Sequence record: CP021234.1
Length of the DNA: 32,000 bases
Reading direction: 5' to 3' (one strand)
How positions within the stretch are numbered: the first letter of the stretch is position 1; the number at the start of each line of letters is the position of its first letter. A program made the translations under genes and the position numbers. Of this stretch, positions 17,209 through 26,933 are shown in pieces. A model generated the notes under the pieces. The model was not told the DNA's origin. It saw only the letters and a program-made list of their open reading frames with translations, and did no database searches.

Positions 17209-18021
17209 TTAATTACCTCCCCAATAATAAACTGCTATAAATAAAAATAACCATACAACATCAACAAAGTGCCAGTAAAGAATAGCAGATTCAAATCCAT
17301 TGTGATGTGAATTTGTAAGATGATAATTAATTAGACGAAAAAAGGCTGTAGCAATAAAAATTGTTCCAATAATAACATGAAACCCATGTAAACCAGTTGA
17401 AGCATAAAAAGCAGAACCATAAACAGAATCTGAGAAGGTGAATGCAGCTTCTGAATATTCATAATATTGTAAACAAGTGAATATTACTGCTAAGACTATT
17501 GTTAGTAATGTTCCTAATATTGCTCCTCCTCTATTACCTTGTATTAAGGCATGGTGTCCATATGTTACAAAAGCACCACTAGATAAAAGTAAAATAGTAT
17601 TAAGTAAAGGTATTGCAAAAGGATCTAAAGCTGTAATACCTTGAGGAGGCCATACACCTCCAATTTCTATAGCCGGTGATAGACTAGAATGGAAAAAAGC
17701 CCAAAATACACTTAAGAAAGCAAAAACTTCACTAACAATAAATAGAACTACACCTATTGTTATACCTTTTTGTACTTGAGTTGTATGACATCCTAGATAA
17801 GTACCTTCTGTAATGACATCTCTAAACCATAATGCCATTGCAGAACCTGTTAGTACAAATCCTAAATTTAATAAATATCCACCATATGGATAACCATGCA
17901 TATACATTACTCCACCAATGGCCATACTTAATATAGTAAAACTAACAAAAAGAGGCCATGGAGAAATTTCTACTAAATGGTATGGATGATTTTGAAATAA
18001 GTTTCTATTAATAGTTATCAT
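17209..18021 (-). CDS. cox3: Cytochrome c oxidase subunit 3
   Basis: MITINRNLFQNHPYHLVEISPWPL..HHALIQGNR..GLHGFHVIIGTIFIATAFFRL..HHNGFESAILYWHFVDVVWLFLFIAVYYWGG. I chose the ATG at 18021. The track's longer N-terminus starts at TTG and is not cox3-like. Confidence 0.93.
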   Translation of the reverse strand: MITINRNLFQNHPYHLVEISPWPLFVSFTILSMAIGGVMYMHGYPYGGYLLNLGFVLTGSAMALWFRDVITEGTYLGCHTTQVQKGITIGVVLFIVSEVFAFLSVFWAFFHSSLSPAIEIGGVWPPQGITALDPFAIPLLNTILLLSSGAFVTYGHHALIQGNRGGAILGTLLTIVLAVIFTCLQYYEYSEAAFTFSDSVYGSAFYASTGLHGFHVIIGTIFIATAFFRLINYHLTNSHHNGFESAILYWHFVDVVWLFLFIAVYYWGGN

Positions 18022-19114
18022 ATTATTATTATTATATATATATTTTTTTTTTCCAAGGTAAAACTGAAAACTAATACCAGAATTGAAATTCAATATAACT
18101 AAAAAAAAATTGAATCTTTTTTACATAAATAAGATTATTAAATAATCCAAATTATATAAAAAAAATTATTAAGATAATTTATTTTTATTATTATTAATTT
18201 TATAAATTATCTTAATATTATTTATTTTGATAAAAAAAAAGTATTATATAAAATATTAGTTCCATAGTAAAATTAAACAGATTATTGTTTAAGCTTGGTT
18301 GCTTACGGTAGTATAAACATCATTTATACTATTCCTTTTATTAATTATTTTATTTAATAATTAAATTTTATAGAATATTTAATAATGGTGCCGGCTGTCC
18401 GAATAACATATTTTAATTTATTCCGCGGACGCGAGAGAAGAGATTAACAAAATATAAAACTAAAGACATCTATTAACATCTTTATAGTATACTTACTTAT
18501 TATTGTTATAACTTATAGTCCATTAAAAAGCTACGACAGAATACTTAAATATAATTTTTATATTTTTACAATAGTAATAAATTACTTACATTAAACCATA
18601 ATAATTCTACTACATAACCATATAACAGAACCTTAACAAACTAAAAAAAAAAAGTATAACCTCAATTATAACCTAAATTATTCTAGTTTTTTTATATATA
18701 TTAATTATATGGAGTAAGAAAACTTGCAATCTTGCTGGTAATTTTGCTCGCGTCCTCACGGATCTATTTTTTTATTATCAATTATAAAAATAATACTAAA
18801 ATACAATAAAATATTTATAAAACAAGATAAAGCAACAATAGACAAAACTAAAATACTACAAGCAAATAACAATATAGGAGAACTAGATTTATTAACATGA
18901 ATCCCAAATAAGCTTAAAAATTCAATATATTATTTCATTCGCTAACTCACGGGCCATTTAGTAATAGTTAGACGTGGGGCAGCTGTTGGTATTTTTTAAT
19001 TTACATTTTAAGAAAAGACTAATAACAATAATCTACCATAGGCAGACATTAACCTAGCAATAGGTATGAATAAAATTAAATCCGTCTAATGAAGATTTAA
19101 AGTAGATGCTTCAA

Positions 19115-19298
19115 AGCAGCGGCTAGAACAGGCTGCCGGGCCCCACAACCACGGACGTGAGACGTGATAATACAACAAACAAATCGAGAGCTATTTAAGC
19201 CACATACTATTATGGCATCTATCACGAGGATTACGGGCACGACCACTAGACACGGTTGTGATACTGGCTTACCCCTCGTTATACGTGGGGGGGGTTAA
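19115..19298. repeat. Compound GC-rich cluster abutting the nad6 stop codon
   Basis: Contains CGGGCCCCA (19137-19145) and CACGGACGTGAGACGTG. It has nested inverted 7-mers CACAACC (19144-19150) with GGTTGTG (19254-19260), plus CGTGATA with TATCACG. It ends in GTGGGGGGGGTTAA (19285-19298), 4 nt from the nad6 stop. Confidence 0.8.
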
Positions 19299-19302
19299 CA
19301 AT

Positions 19303-19920
19303 TTAAATTTTTTTTGAATTTGTTTTAGAAATGAATATTGGTGCTAGCATAGCTAGTAATAAAATTACACTAGTTATTATAAGCCAAGAAGCTCCATATG
19401 TATAAATACTTTGACCAATAGCTTCTATTTGTAGAAAGTTATTAAATGTCGTATCAGCTATTCCAGGGTTAAAAGCAATATTAACATAATCTATATTAGA
19501 AATTTCAGAATTTAAAATTAAACCATTTAAACTAGTTATAAAGTTTAATAAATATGATATTACAGAAACATTATTAAAGCTAAATGGAATGATAGTAAAG
19601 ATTTCATAGATAAATAAAGAACCAATAGCCAAAGCTAAAGGAATAGTTTTAGTATATTGAGAACCAGTTTCTAATATATCTGTTAATTTAATATTAATCA
19701 TCATAATAACGAATAAAAATAGTACTGCAATAGCACCAATATAAACTATAATATAAGAAATACCAATAAATCCTATACCTAATAGAATTAAGTATCCAGC
19801 AGCATTAACAAATACTGAAATTAAAAAAATAACAGCTATAACTGGATTTTTAGAAGTAATAACTAAAACACTAGAAAAAAGAGCACCGAAAGCTAAAATA
19901 TCAATAAGTAAATTTTTCAT
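19303..19920 (-). CDS. nad6: NADH dehydrogenase subunit 6
   Basis: 205 aa: MKNLLIDILAFGALFSSVLVITSKNPVIAVIFLISVFVNAAGYLILLGIGFIGISYIIVYIGAIAVLFLFVIMM.., a typical nad6 N-terminal pattern. Confidence 0.88.
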   Translation of the reverse strand: MKNLLIDILAFGALFSSVLVITSKNPVIAVIFLISVFVNAAGYLILLGIGFIGISYIIVYIGAIAVLFLFVIMMINIKLTDILETGSQYTKTIPLALAIGSLFIYEIFTIIPFSFNNVSVISYLLNFITSLNGLILNSEISNIDYVNIAFNPGIADTTFNNFLQIEAIGQSIYTYGASWLIITSVILLLAMLAPIFISKTNSKKI

Positions 19921-20063
19921 AAATAAAAAAAAATTCTTTATAGCCTGCGTAATTAACGCTCGATTAAAATATTAAACCGTTATCTAACATTAAAAAATCT
20001 ATATAAATATATCATTATATTTAATTATAAAAATTAAAAATGATAAAATATCATACTACTTAT

Positions 20064-20148
20064 GTCGCTCACTCAAACACGCAACGACCACGTAGTTATA
20101 ACAGATACGTTACACTAACACTACCGTGATCCGTGGTAAGTGGCCTCT
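20064..20148. repeat. GC-rich cluster upstream of nad6
   Basis: GTCGCTCACTCAAACACGCAACGACCACGTAG..CTACCGTGATCCGTGGTAAGTGGCCTC island in AT-rich spacer. Confidence 0.7.
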
Positions 20149-20272
20149 ATTCAATGCTATAACTTTATTATAAAACTAATATTAGTGATTAAAAAAACAA
20201 ACAAAAATTAAAAAGTCCAGCTAAGCGAAAGTGGCAGATATGCAACATATTTATATATTATTTTTTACTTAA

Positions 20273-20296
20273 GGAGTCGCGGACGCGGGGCCCGGT
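20273..20296. repeat. Short GC-rich cluster preceded by the 16-mer TTTTTTACTTAAGGAG
   Basis: GGAGTCGCGGACGCGGGGCCCGGT. The 16-mer at 20261-20276 is identical to 11761-11776. Confidence 0.7.
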
Positions 20297-20645
20297 AATA
20301 TATATAAACAGACAAAAGGCTGAAATCAAGAGATTAAAAAATAAATCTCAAGTAGGTTAAACCAAGAATAAGTGACCTTAATATAAATTAAAGGCAGGTT
20401 ACTAAAGTAATATAAACAGATTATTTTATTAAAAAAATATTTAAATATATTTTAATAGCTAAAATTTATCTTTTTAATTTATAGAATAATAATTATAAAT
20501 TATTTAATAAAATTTTGTAATCTAAAATCAGTAGCTATTAAAAAATAGAAAAAATCGCAATAACTTAAATAAAGTCGCGAATAAACCCAAGAGGAATTGA
20601 ACCTCTGTCTTTTAAATTAATCTTTTTTTTAAACTAGTATTGATA

Positions 20646-20689
20646 AATATTATATTATATTATATTATATTATATTATATTATATTATA
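20646..20689. repeat. Pentanucleotide microsatellite (TATAT/ATTAT), about 8 units
   Basis: Direct reading of TATATTATATTATATTATATTATATTATATTATATTATA. Confidence 0.85.
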
Positions 20690-20905
20690 ATATATAATAA
20701 TTATACTATAATACTACACTAAAAAGGTTATATTTTTATTTAAAAATTGAATTATTATTAACATTTTTTTAATATCATTATAAATAAAATAGTTTTTTAA
20801 TTTAATTTTTTTAAGCTATAGAAATATTAGTGATTTAAAACTAACTATATATATCTAGTAAAAAAAAACAGTATTAATATAAAACGTAATTTATTTCTCT
20901 ACTTA

Positions 20906-20987
20906 CAGACCACTTAGTGGCACGAGCACGGACGTGAGGGCAACCGCCAACCACATTTGTCCGTTTGTGAGACATGGGGCCGCGTAG
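20906..20987. repeat. GC-rich modular cluster
   Basis: CAGACCACTTAGTGGCACGAGCACGGACGTGAGGGCAACCGCC..GTCCGTTTGTGAGACATGGGGCCGCG. The 16-mer CACGAGCACGGACGTG (20921-20936) is identical to 21295-21310. Confidence 0.8.
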
Positions 20988-21138
20988 TAAATATAAGTAG
21001 ACAAGTTAAAAAATTTAATCTAAAAATATAAATTTCAGACTACCAAAAGGGTTCACTATATTTTATTTATTGTTATAAAATAACCTTTATTTATTAAAAA
21101 CTTTAAATAATTTTTTTAATAAAGGAGATTAAACAAGT

Positions 21139-21230
21139 ACCCCTCTGCCGTCCGGCCTCAGCTAGCGGTCCCCCCTTACTTACCACTAAGTTACCACTTA
21201 CTTACGGATGCGGAGCTAAGCGGGCCTCCA
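21139..21230. repeat. GC-rich modular cluster
   Basis: ACCCCTCTGCCGTCCGGCCTCAGCTAGCGGTCCCCCCTTACTTACCACTAAGTTACCACTTACTTACGGATGCGGAGCTAAGCGGGCCTCC, with GCTAAGCG at 21215-21222. Confidence 0.8.
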
Positions 21231-21276
21231 TATTTTTAAAATAATTAATTTAAAAGACTTAATTTAAAGTAAAATA

Positions 21277-21352
21277 CCCTTGCTCGCTCACTCTCACGAG
21301 CACGGACGTGTGATTAACTAAGTGTCTACGTGATTGAGTGGGTGGGGTTAAT
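21277..21352. repeat. GC-rich modular cluster about 55 nt downstream of the rps3 stop
   Basis: Contains CACGAGCACGGACGTG (21295-21310), CTAAGTG and GATTGAGTG modules. It ends in GGGTGGGGTTAAT (21340-21352), identical to 7101-7113. Confidence 0.8.
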
Positions 21353-21407
21353 AAAAATATAAAAATCCATATTATATTAATTAGAATAAATAATAAATAA
21401 AAAATAG

Positions 21408-22655
21408 TTAATTAAAAAATCTATGTCCAATTGTAGCAGTAATACTAAATGTACCTCTTTTGTTTTTTGTGGTAAATCTAGCTTTAGATACAAGGTCAGC
21501 ACTACTTCTAGTTAAGCTTCCATGTTGAGTAGTTTTTACAGTATGTCGAGGAATAATTTTTTGTTTTCTTAATCGACCAGCTAATTTAATATTAATCCCC
21601 GTAATGAAAGTAGGTACAAAAGAATCAATTTCAGGAATATTAATAGTAGGGTTTATAATATTGGTTTTATTAAAAAGATTATCCAAAATATAAATATAAG
21701 GTTTAAAATTAATATCACAAATTCTACCTAATAGATTAGCTAAAATATCACTATCATAAAAAGGATGATGTAATCGTACTAAATTAAGTTCTACAGGTTT
21801 TTTAAGAGAGTTACTTAAATTAGCACATAATAATTCTAATTTTTTACTATTTAAAGCTAAGAATTTAGAATAAATTTTAGATTTATATAAAAATTTTTTA
21901 TTACTAACTAAGAAGAATAATAAATGTATTACTACTTTATCAGGTGTAATATTAAAAACAGGTTTACTAATTAAACTAGACATTGAAAAAAAAGAATTTT
22001 CTAAAATAGAAGAAATATTTTTTATTAATTTTTTTTTAGTACTATTAAAATAATAATTAATATGTTGAGATCGAGCTATATCTAAGTTAAATTTAAATAA
22101 ACTTTTTAAATAACTACTTAATGTTGTATTCATAGAAATATCTTCTATTTTTAATATAGAATTATTGTTTATATTTAGCGCGTCCAGGCCGGAGGCACCG
22201 GCTATATTGCTAGTATCCAACTGATTTATTTTTTTATTATTATTTTGATTTATTAAAGTTTGTTTTTTTTCTCGCGGAAATTTTAACATATCTATTTTTT
22301 CATAATATGTTTTGGCTTTAGATTTGAAGGTTTTGTTTTCTTGTTGTATTGCCTCCTTCGCGTCCTTTGCGGGGGCTATAGTATTTTTTTTTGCATTTAA
22401 TATTATTTGATTATTATCTCTAATATTTGAGGATAATAAATTCAAGTTTTTACTATATTTTGTTAATTTTAATAAGTTTGCTGTTAAACTTTTTTTATTT
22501 AAGGATTTAGTATTTGTATTTAATTCTTTAACCGTTTGTAAGTTTTTTGAATTATTATCGAAATACTCTGCCATTTTTTGAATAGGTATAATAAAGTTTA
22601 TCGTGTCTAAATTGGATTCTATTTCTTTATTTTCTTTAATATTTCTTGTGTTCAT
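21408..22655 (-). CDS. rps3: Mitochondrial ribosomal protein S3 (free-standing), carrying two in-frame GC-rich islands
   Basis: 415 aa with an N/K/S-rich body and a conserved C-terminus: ..GINIKLAGRLRKQKIIPRHTVKTTQHGSLTRSSADLVSKARFTTKNKRGTFSITATIGH. GC islands at 22177-22204 encode AGASGLDAL, and those at 22351-22377 encode APAKDAKEA. Confidence 0.8.
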   Translation of the reverse strand: MNTRNIKENKEIESNLDTINFIIPIQKMAEYFDNNSKNLQTVKELNTNTKSLNKKSLTANLLKLTKYSKNLNLLSSNIRDNNQIILNAKKNTIAPAKDAKEAIQQENKTFKSKAKTYYEKIDMLKFPREKKQTLINQNNNKKINQLDTSNIAGASGLDALNINNNSILKIEDISMNTTLSSYLKSLFKFNLDIARSQHINYYFNSTKKKLIKNISSILENSFFSMSSLISKPVFNITPDKVVIHLLFFLVSNKKFLYKSKIYSKFLALNSKKLELLCANLSNSLKKPVELNLVRLHHPFYDSDILANLLGRICDINFKPYIYILDNLFNKTNIINPTINIPEIDSFVPTFITGINIKLAGRLRKQKIIPRHTVKTTQHGSLTRSSADLVSKARFTTKNKRGTFSITATIGHRFFN

Positions 22656-22685
22656 GATTTTGAAAAATTTTAATTTAATTTATTT

Positions 22686-22879
22686 ACATTTAATAACGAT
22701 AGCTAAAGGATTATATAATTATATAACCATTTAACTACTTAATAATCCACTATATTTAATAATATACATACGTTTTATTCTCTCATAATACGTGTTTAAT
22801 ATAAGGGATACTATCTTATATTTGATTATTAAGCTAAAATAGCTAATGAGAAAGAGTAGATACTAAGTATCAAAGAAGT
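22686..22879 (-). promoter_or_regulatory. About 190-nt rps3 leader, copy 2 of the repeat at 8031-8212
   Basis: See 8031-8212. It ends about 30 nt upstream of the rps3 ATG (22655). Confidence 0.7.
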
Positions 22880-23501
22880 ACTATAATATATAATATATGA
22901 TGAGTATCCATTATTTAAGATAGTATTTCTTTATTAGCTGATTCTTTTATTTTTTGTTTTTATTAAAAAAACCTAGCATAATAATTTAGTATTACACTAG
23001 GAAAAAAAACTAACTTAAACTTAATAGTTTTGTTTTTTTAAGTATTATATAATTAATTAACTATAATGAAGTATAATTTTTATACTAACTTTTAACATAT
23101 ATCCTAAGCTACTAAATATAAATATAAGTTCTAATATAATAAAACTTACTCTAGTTCTATTATAATATTTAACTATTTTAGTAATATAAGGAAATCTACT
23201 AGATATTTTATAAAAAATTTTATCATTATTTACTATATATAATGATAGTAGATATATTGAGATATTTATTACACTAAATAAAATAATACAATTAAAAATT
23301 AAAACAACCTATAGCCAAAAAAACAATAGGATTAGTATTATCATTTATATTTACATTTAATCCAATAAGATTTAAAAAATCATTAATATTTTGCATTGAG
23401 AAATTATAAGTAATTATCAATAAGATAAGAGATGAAAAATAAATAAATATTTTTTATTTACTATCTTATATAATAAAATATTTGTTTTTAATTTAAAAAA
23501 A

Positions 23502-25148
23502 TTAATTATATCTAATAAAACAAACAAACTTTAAAGTAAAATACCATATAGAAGATAAATATTTTAATTTATTATCATTTTCCTCAGATAATTTAATTTT
23601 TAAATAGTCATTTAATTTTAAACCTACAATACTATAAAAATCATTCGGTATTGAATCAGCATCACCAGAAATTAAATTTAATTGACCAGCTAAAGGTTCA
23701 TCGCCCATTAACAAACTTAAATGCTGATAACCATTACAAGTAGCATCTAATTGAATAGGGAAATGGCTAATATACGAAGTTTCATTAGAAGATAAAGAAT
23801 TATGATAATTCAAAAATTCAAAACAGAAAGCAATAAATAATAATTTAGAATCAGCTTGATTAATTAAAATCCCATTCTTAAAATTTAAAATATTTTCCTC
23901 ATTATTATTTATCCAATCTACTCTATCTTTATAAGATTTTTTATCTATTCCATTACCAAAACAATTAGCCCCAAATATTTTTAAATAATCTATAGCAATA
24001 TTATCGGTTTTATATATTATATTTTTTCACCTTTACTAAATAATAATAAAGATTTAGCTAATTCTGTAGATTGATAGTTTAAATAATCAGCTACACAATA
24101 AATTCTACCTCTATTATCTATTCTAACAGGAATAAAAAATTCAGGGACATTTTTAATTAAAAATATGAGCTAAACCTAAAATATTCATTTCTAATTGTTT
24201 TCTACTTAAAAAACCATCTAAACTTTTTTTTTTTCATATAAAGTTAATTTTTCTTTATTATTTTTTTATTAATTTCAAGAGGATGTTGAAAATTAGGAGC
24301 TATAAATAAATCATATTCTAAACCTTTTTCTAAAATAAATTCTAGTACCGGTATATTAATTTTATAACCGACAGAACTTAAATTATTAACTGTATCAAAT
24401 ATAATATTATTATCATCAATATACGACTGTTCTCTCAATTCAGAATTTTTAATAATTATAGGAGCTATAAATTCCTTATCATTAAGGAAATATCCACCTA
24501 AAATATCCTTTTTACCCGCTCTACCATATAATTTATGAGGTACTATCATAGGTATTTTATAAGATATACTTAATAAACCAAAACTTTTACCTATAACATC
24601 TAAAATTTTTTCATTAGCTACATAAATAAGATTTTTGTGTACTTTATCTAGAATATATAATTCTGAATGAATTAAACCAACCTCTTCTAAAAAATTTAAT
24701 AATTTAAGACCAATACTAATCAATACTGTATTAGATACATATCCATTTAATTCAGAATATTTATCCTCTATAAATTTACTTAAACCCATTTCTTTAGAAT
24801 CATTAAGTAAATTATTTTTTTTATGTTCTCATTATATTCTTGTGAATAAAAAGAAAATAATAATGAATGAGCTAAATCAGAACAATTAGTATTTTTATTA
24901 AATAAATTATTATTACTAATAATTCTTAATAATCTACCTAATAATTGAGAAATTATATTCCTATTATTTAAATTATTTAACAATAAAGATTCAACTATTT
25001 CAAGATTATCTTTTTTTTTTTTATCAATAATTTTAATATTACTTCTATAATTATCTATTAAATTTTCTAAATCATTGATTGAACCTTTTAAATATTCTAA
25101 TACTAAAGGATTTATCTTATAATAGTTTATATCTGAATTTTGATCCAT
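23502..25148 (-). pseudogene. rpo: Relic of a phage-type (T7-like) single-subunit RNA polymerase of linear-plasmid origin; frameshifted, with the catalytic C-terminal half missing
   Basis: Family motifs occur in order but in different frames: IPMIVPHKLY and ILGGYF (ORF 24244-24789); FIPVRIDNRGRIYCVADYLNYQSTELAKSLLLFSKGE (about 24030-24150, preceded by an in-frame TAG); QLDATCNGYQHLSLLMGDE (ORF 23502-23813; compare T7 DGSCSGIQHFSAM). Nothing polymerase-like follows 23502. Confidence 0.75.
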
Positions 25149-25293
25149 TCTATTTTGTAGAAGTATAACACCTTAATTAAATAAAAATTCTTCTATCTTC
25201 ATTTGAGTATTAACATCTAAAGGTGAATTATTAATAATACGTTATAATTCAATATAAATGGCCGGCCGAGAATTAATATTAAAATCCATTTTA

Positions 25294-25794
25294 CTAATAG
25301 GATCCGGTAGTAGAAAAATTTCTATTACTTAGTGAATGATATTGTCTAAAACCGACTATCCCATTACTATTATTATTTAATTTTCTAGTTTTTTTATATT
25401 TAAAATTATCATTATTAATATTTAAATATTTTTTTTGTAAATTAATTAATTCAGATATAGTATATTCTTTACTATTTTCAGTAAATTGTTTTAATTCACT
25501 TTCTTTACTAATAATTTTTTCTTCAATAAATAATTTTTTTTTATTTAATTTAGATATTTCATATTCTAAATTAGATAACTCACTTGAAATACCTTGTGAG
25601 TTAATTTCAGCTTTTTCTTTTTTAAATCTTTTTTTTTCTTTATTACTCATATGTCTAGTACTACGACTATTAATATTTTCTAAAGACGATTTTTTATATG
25701 ACAATAATGTTAATTCAGAAGAATAACTAGTAATGGTTTTATTAAGTTTATCTAATTCATTTTTAATACCATTAGTAATATCCATTATTAACAT
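25294..25794 (-). CDS. Hypothetical K/E/N-rich coiled-coil-like protein (166 aa). It may be an N-terminal remnant of the rpo relic or a plasmid ORF.
   Basis: ORF-track entry, collinear with and immediately upstream of the rpo fragments. I recognise no motif. Confidence 0.3.
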   Translation of the reverse strand: MLIMDITNGIKNELDKLNKTITSYSSELTLLSYKKSSLENINSRSTRHMSNKEKKRFKKEKAEINSQGISSELSNLEYEISKLNKKKLFIEEKIISKESELKQFTENSKEYTISELINLQKKYLNINNDNFKYKKTRKLNNNSNGIVGFRQYHSLSNRNFSTTGSY

Positions 25795-25845
25795 TTCTAT
25801 AGATAAACTAAAATTACTTTTTACAATATTTTCAACACTATTGTT

Positions 25846-26586
25846 TCAGTTTTTTCCACTATAGATCGAAGGATCTATAATTATAGAAGAAATATTATAA
25901 ATATCTTTAACTTTCATATTAGAAATATTGATAACTCTATCTAAAAAAATTTTATAGTAATTTAAAGGTATGGAAGAAGATAAAATAGGATCTTTTAAAC
26001 TATTATAAACTATATTTGACATTATTTTAGATTCATCAAATATTTTTAATAAATGTAATACTAATTGATAGTCTACAGAATGTAAGATATGTCGTTTTGA
26101 TATACTACCACCACTTACATCTACTTTATTTATTTTAAAATTTAATAATATATTACTCCACATTTGATTTAAAAAAATAAATACACTTTGTTGACTTATA
26201 ACATCAAAATCTTTAGATTTTAAATTTAAAGAACCAAAAATATTTTCAAATAATGAACCACTTTTGTCCGTAAATATTAAATTTTCTAAAAATACATTTA
26301 TTCCTATTCTAATTATTACTAAATTATCAAGATTGTAAATTTCTTCTTTCACATACTTATTTAAATTAGGACTTATTATAAATACATAAAACATTTTTTC
26401 TGAGTATGTTGATTTATAACCATTTAAAAATTCACCTATTAAGTCCATTTCTTTTTGTTTTATTAAACATATTGAACTTATTAAATGAATTCTATTATTT
26501 TCATTATGCGAAGTATCAAAACTTCTTGTAAAACTACCAATAATTGCAAAATTATTAGTATCATATTGAGGTGATTTATTAAACAT
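25846..26586 (-). CDS. Hypothetical protein (246 aa), possibly derived from a plasmid
   Basis: An ATG-initiated intact ORF upstream of the rpo relic. It is unlikely to be open by chance in this composition. I recognise no family. Confidence 0.4.
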   Translation of the reverse strand: MFNKSPQYDTNNFAIIGSFTRSFDTSHNENNRIHLISSICLIKQKEMDLIGEFLNGYKSTYSEKMFYVFIISPNLNKYVKEEIYNLDNLVIIRIGINVFLENLIFTDKSGSLFENIFGSLNLKSKDFDVISQQSVFIFLNQMWSNILLNFKINKVDVSGGSISKRHILHSVDYQLVLHLLKIFDESKIMSNIVYNSLKDPILSSSIPLNYYKIFLDRVINISNMKVKDIYNISSIIIDPSIYSGKN

Positions 26587-26933
26587 TTTATAAATTTTAT
26601 TTAAATTTTAAGAAAGGTAATAATATATAAATTTAACAATAAATTAATATTATTAAATATATAAATAAAAATAATATAAAGATCTACCTTTATCACTTTA
26701 TATAAATACTAAAATATATTAAAAAAATATTTTTTTTAGTAACAGTTAGAATGGTAATAATATAAATAACTAAATATATAATATACGAAAACCCGTATTT
26801 CTTACCATTAAAGAATAACCCAAAAGCAGATAAATCCGCTAATGGTCTACTTTAGAGAAATAACCTCAAAAATCCAAAAATAGAAAATGAGAGCCTATTA
26901 ATGAGATTAGAATAGTTCTTAAGATGGCTATCT

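Noticed and set aside
18022-18093. 24-codon N-terminal extension of cox3 in the ORF track.
   Set aside because: It starts at TTG and its sequence (NFNSGISFQFYLGKKKYIYNNNN) is not COX3-like. The ATG at 18021 gives the canonical start before ..FQNHPYHLV.
20583-20612. Possible tRNA gene suggested by a perfect T-arm, AGAGG-TTCAATT-CCTCT, on the minus strand.
   Set aside because: No complementary acceptor strand, D arm or anticodon arm can be formed from the upstream sequence. At most it is a tRNA 3'-half fragment.
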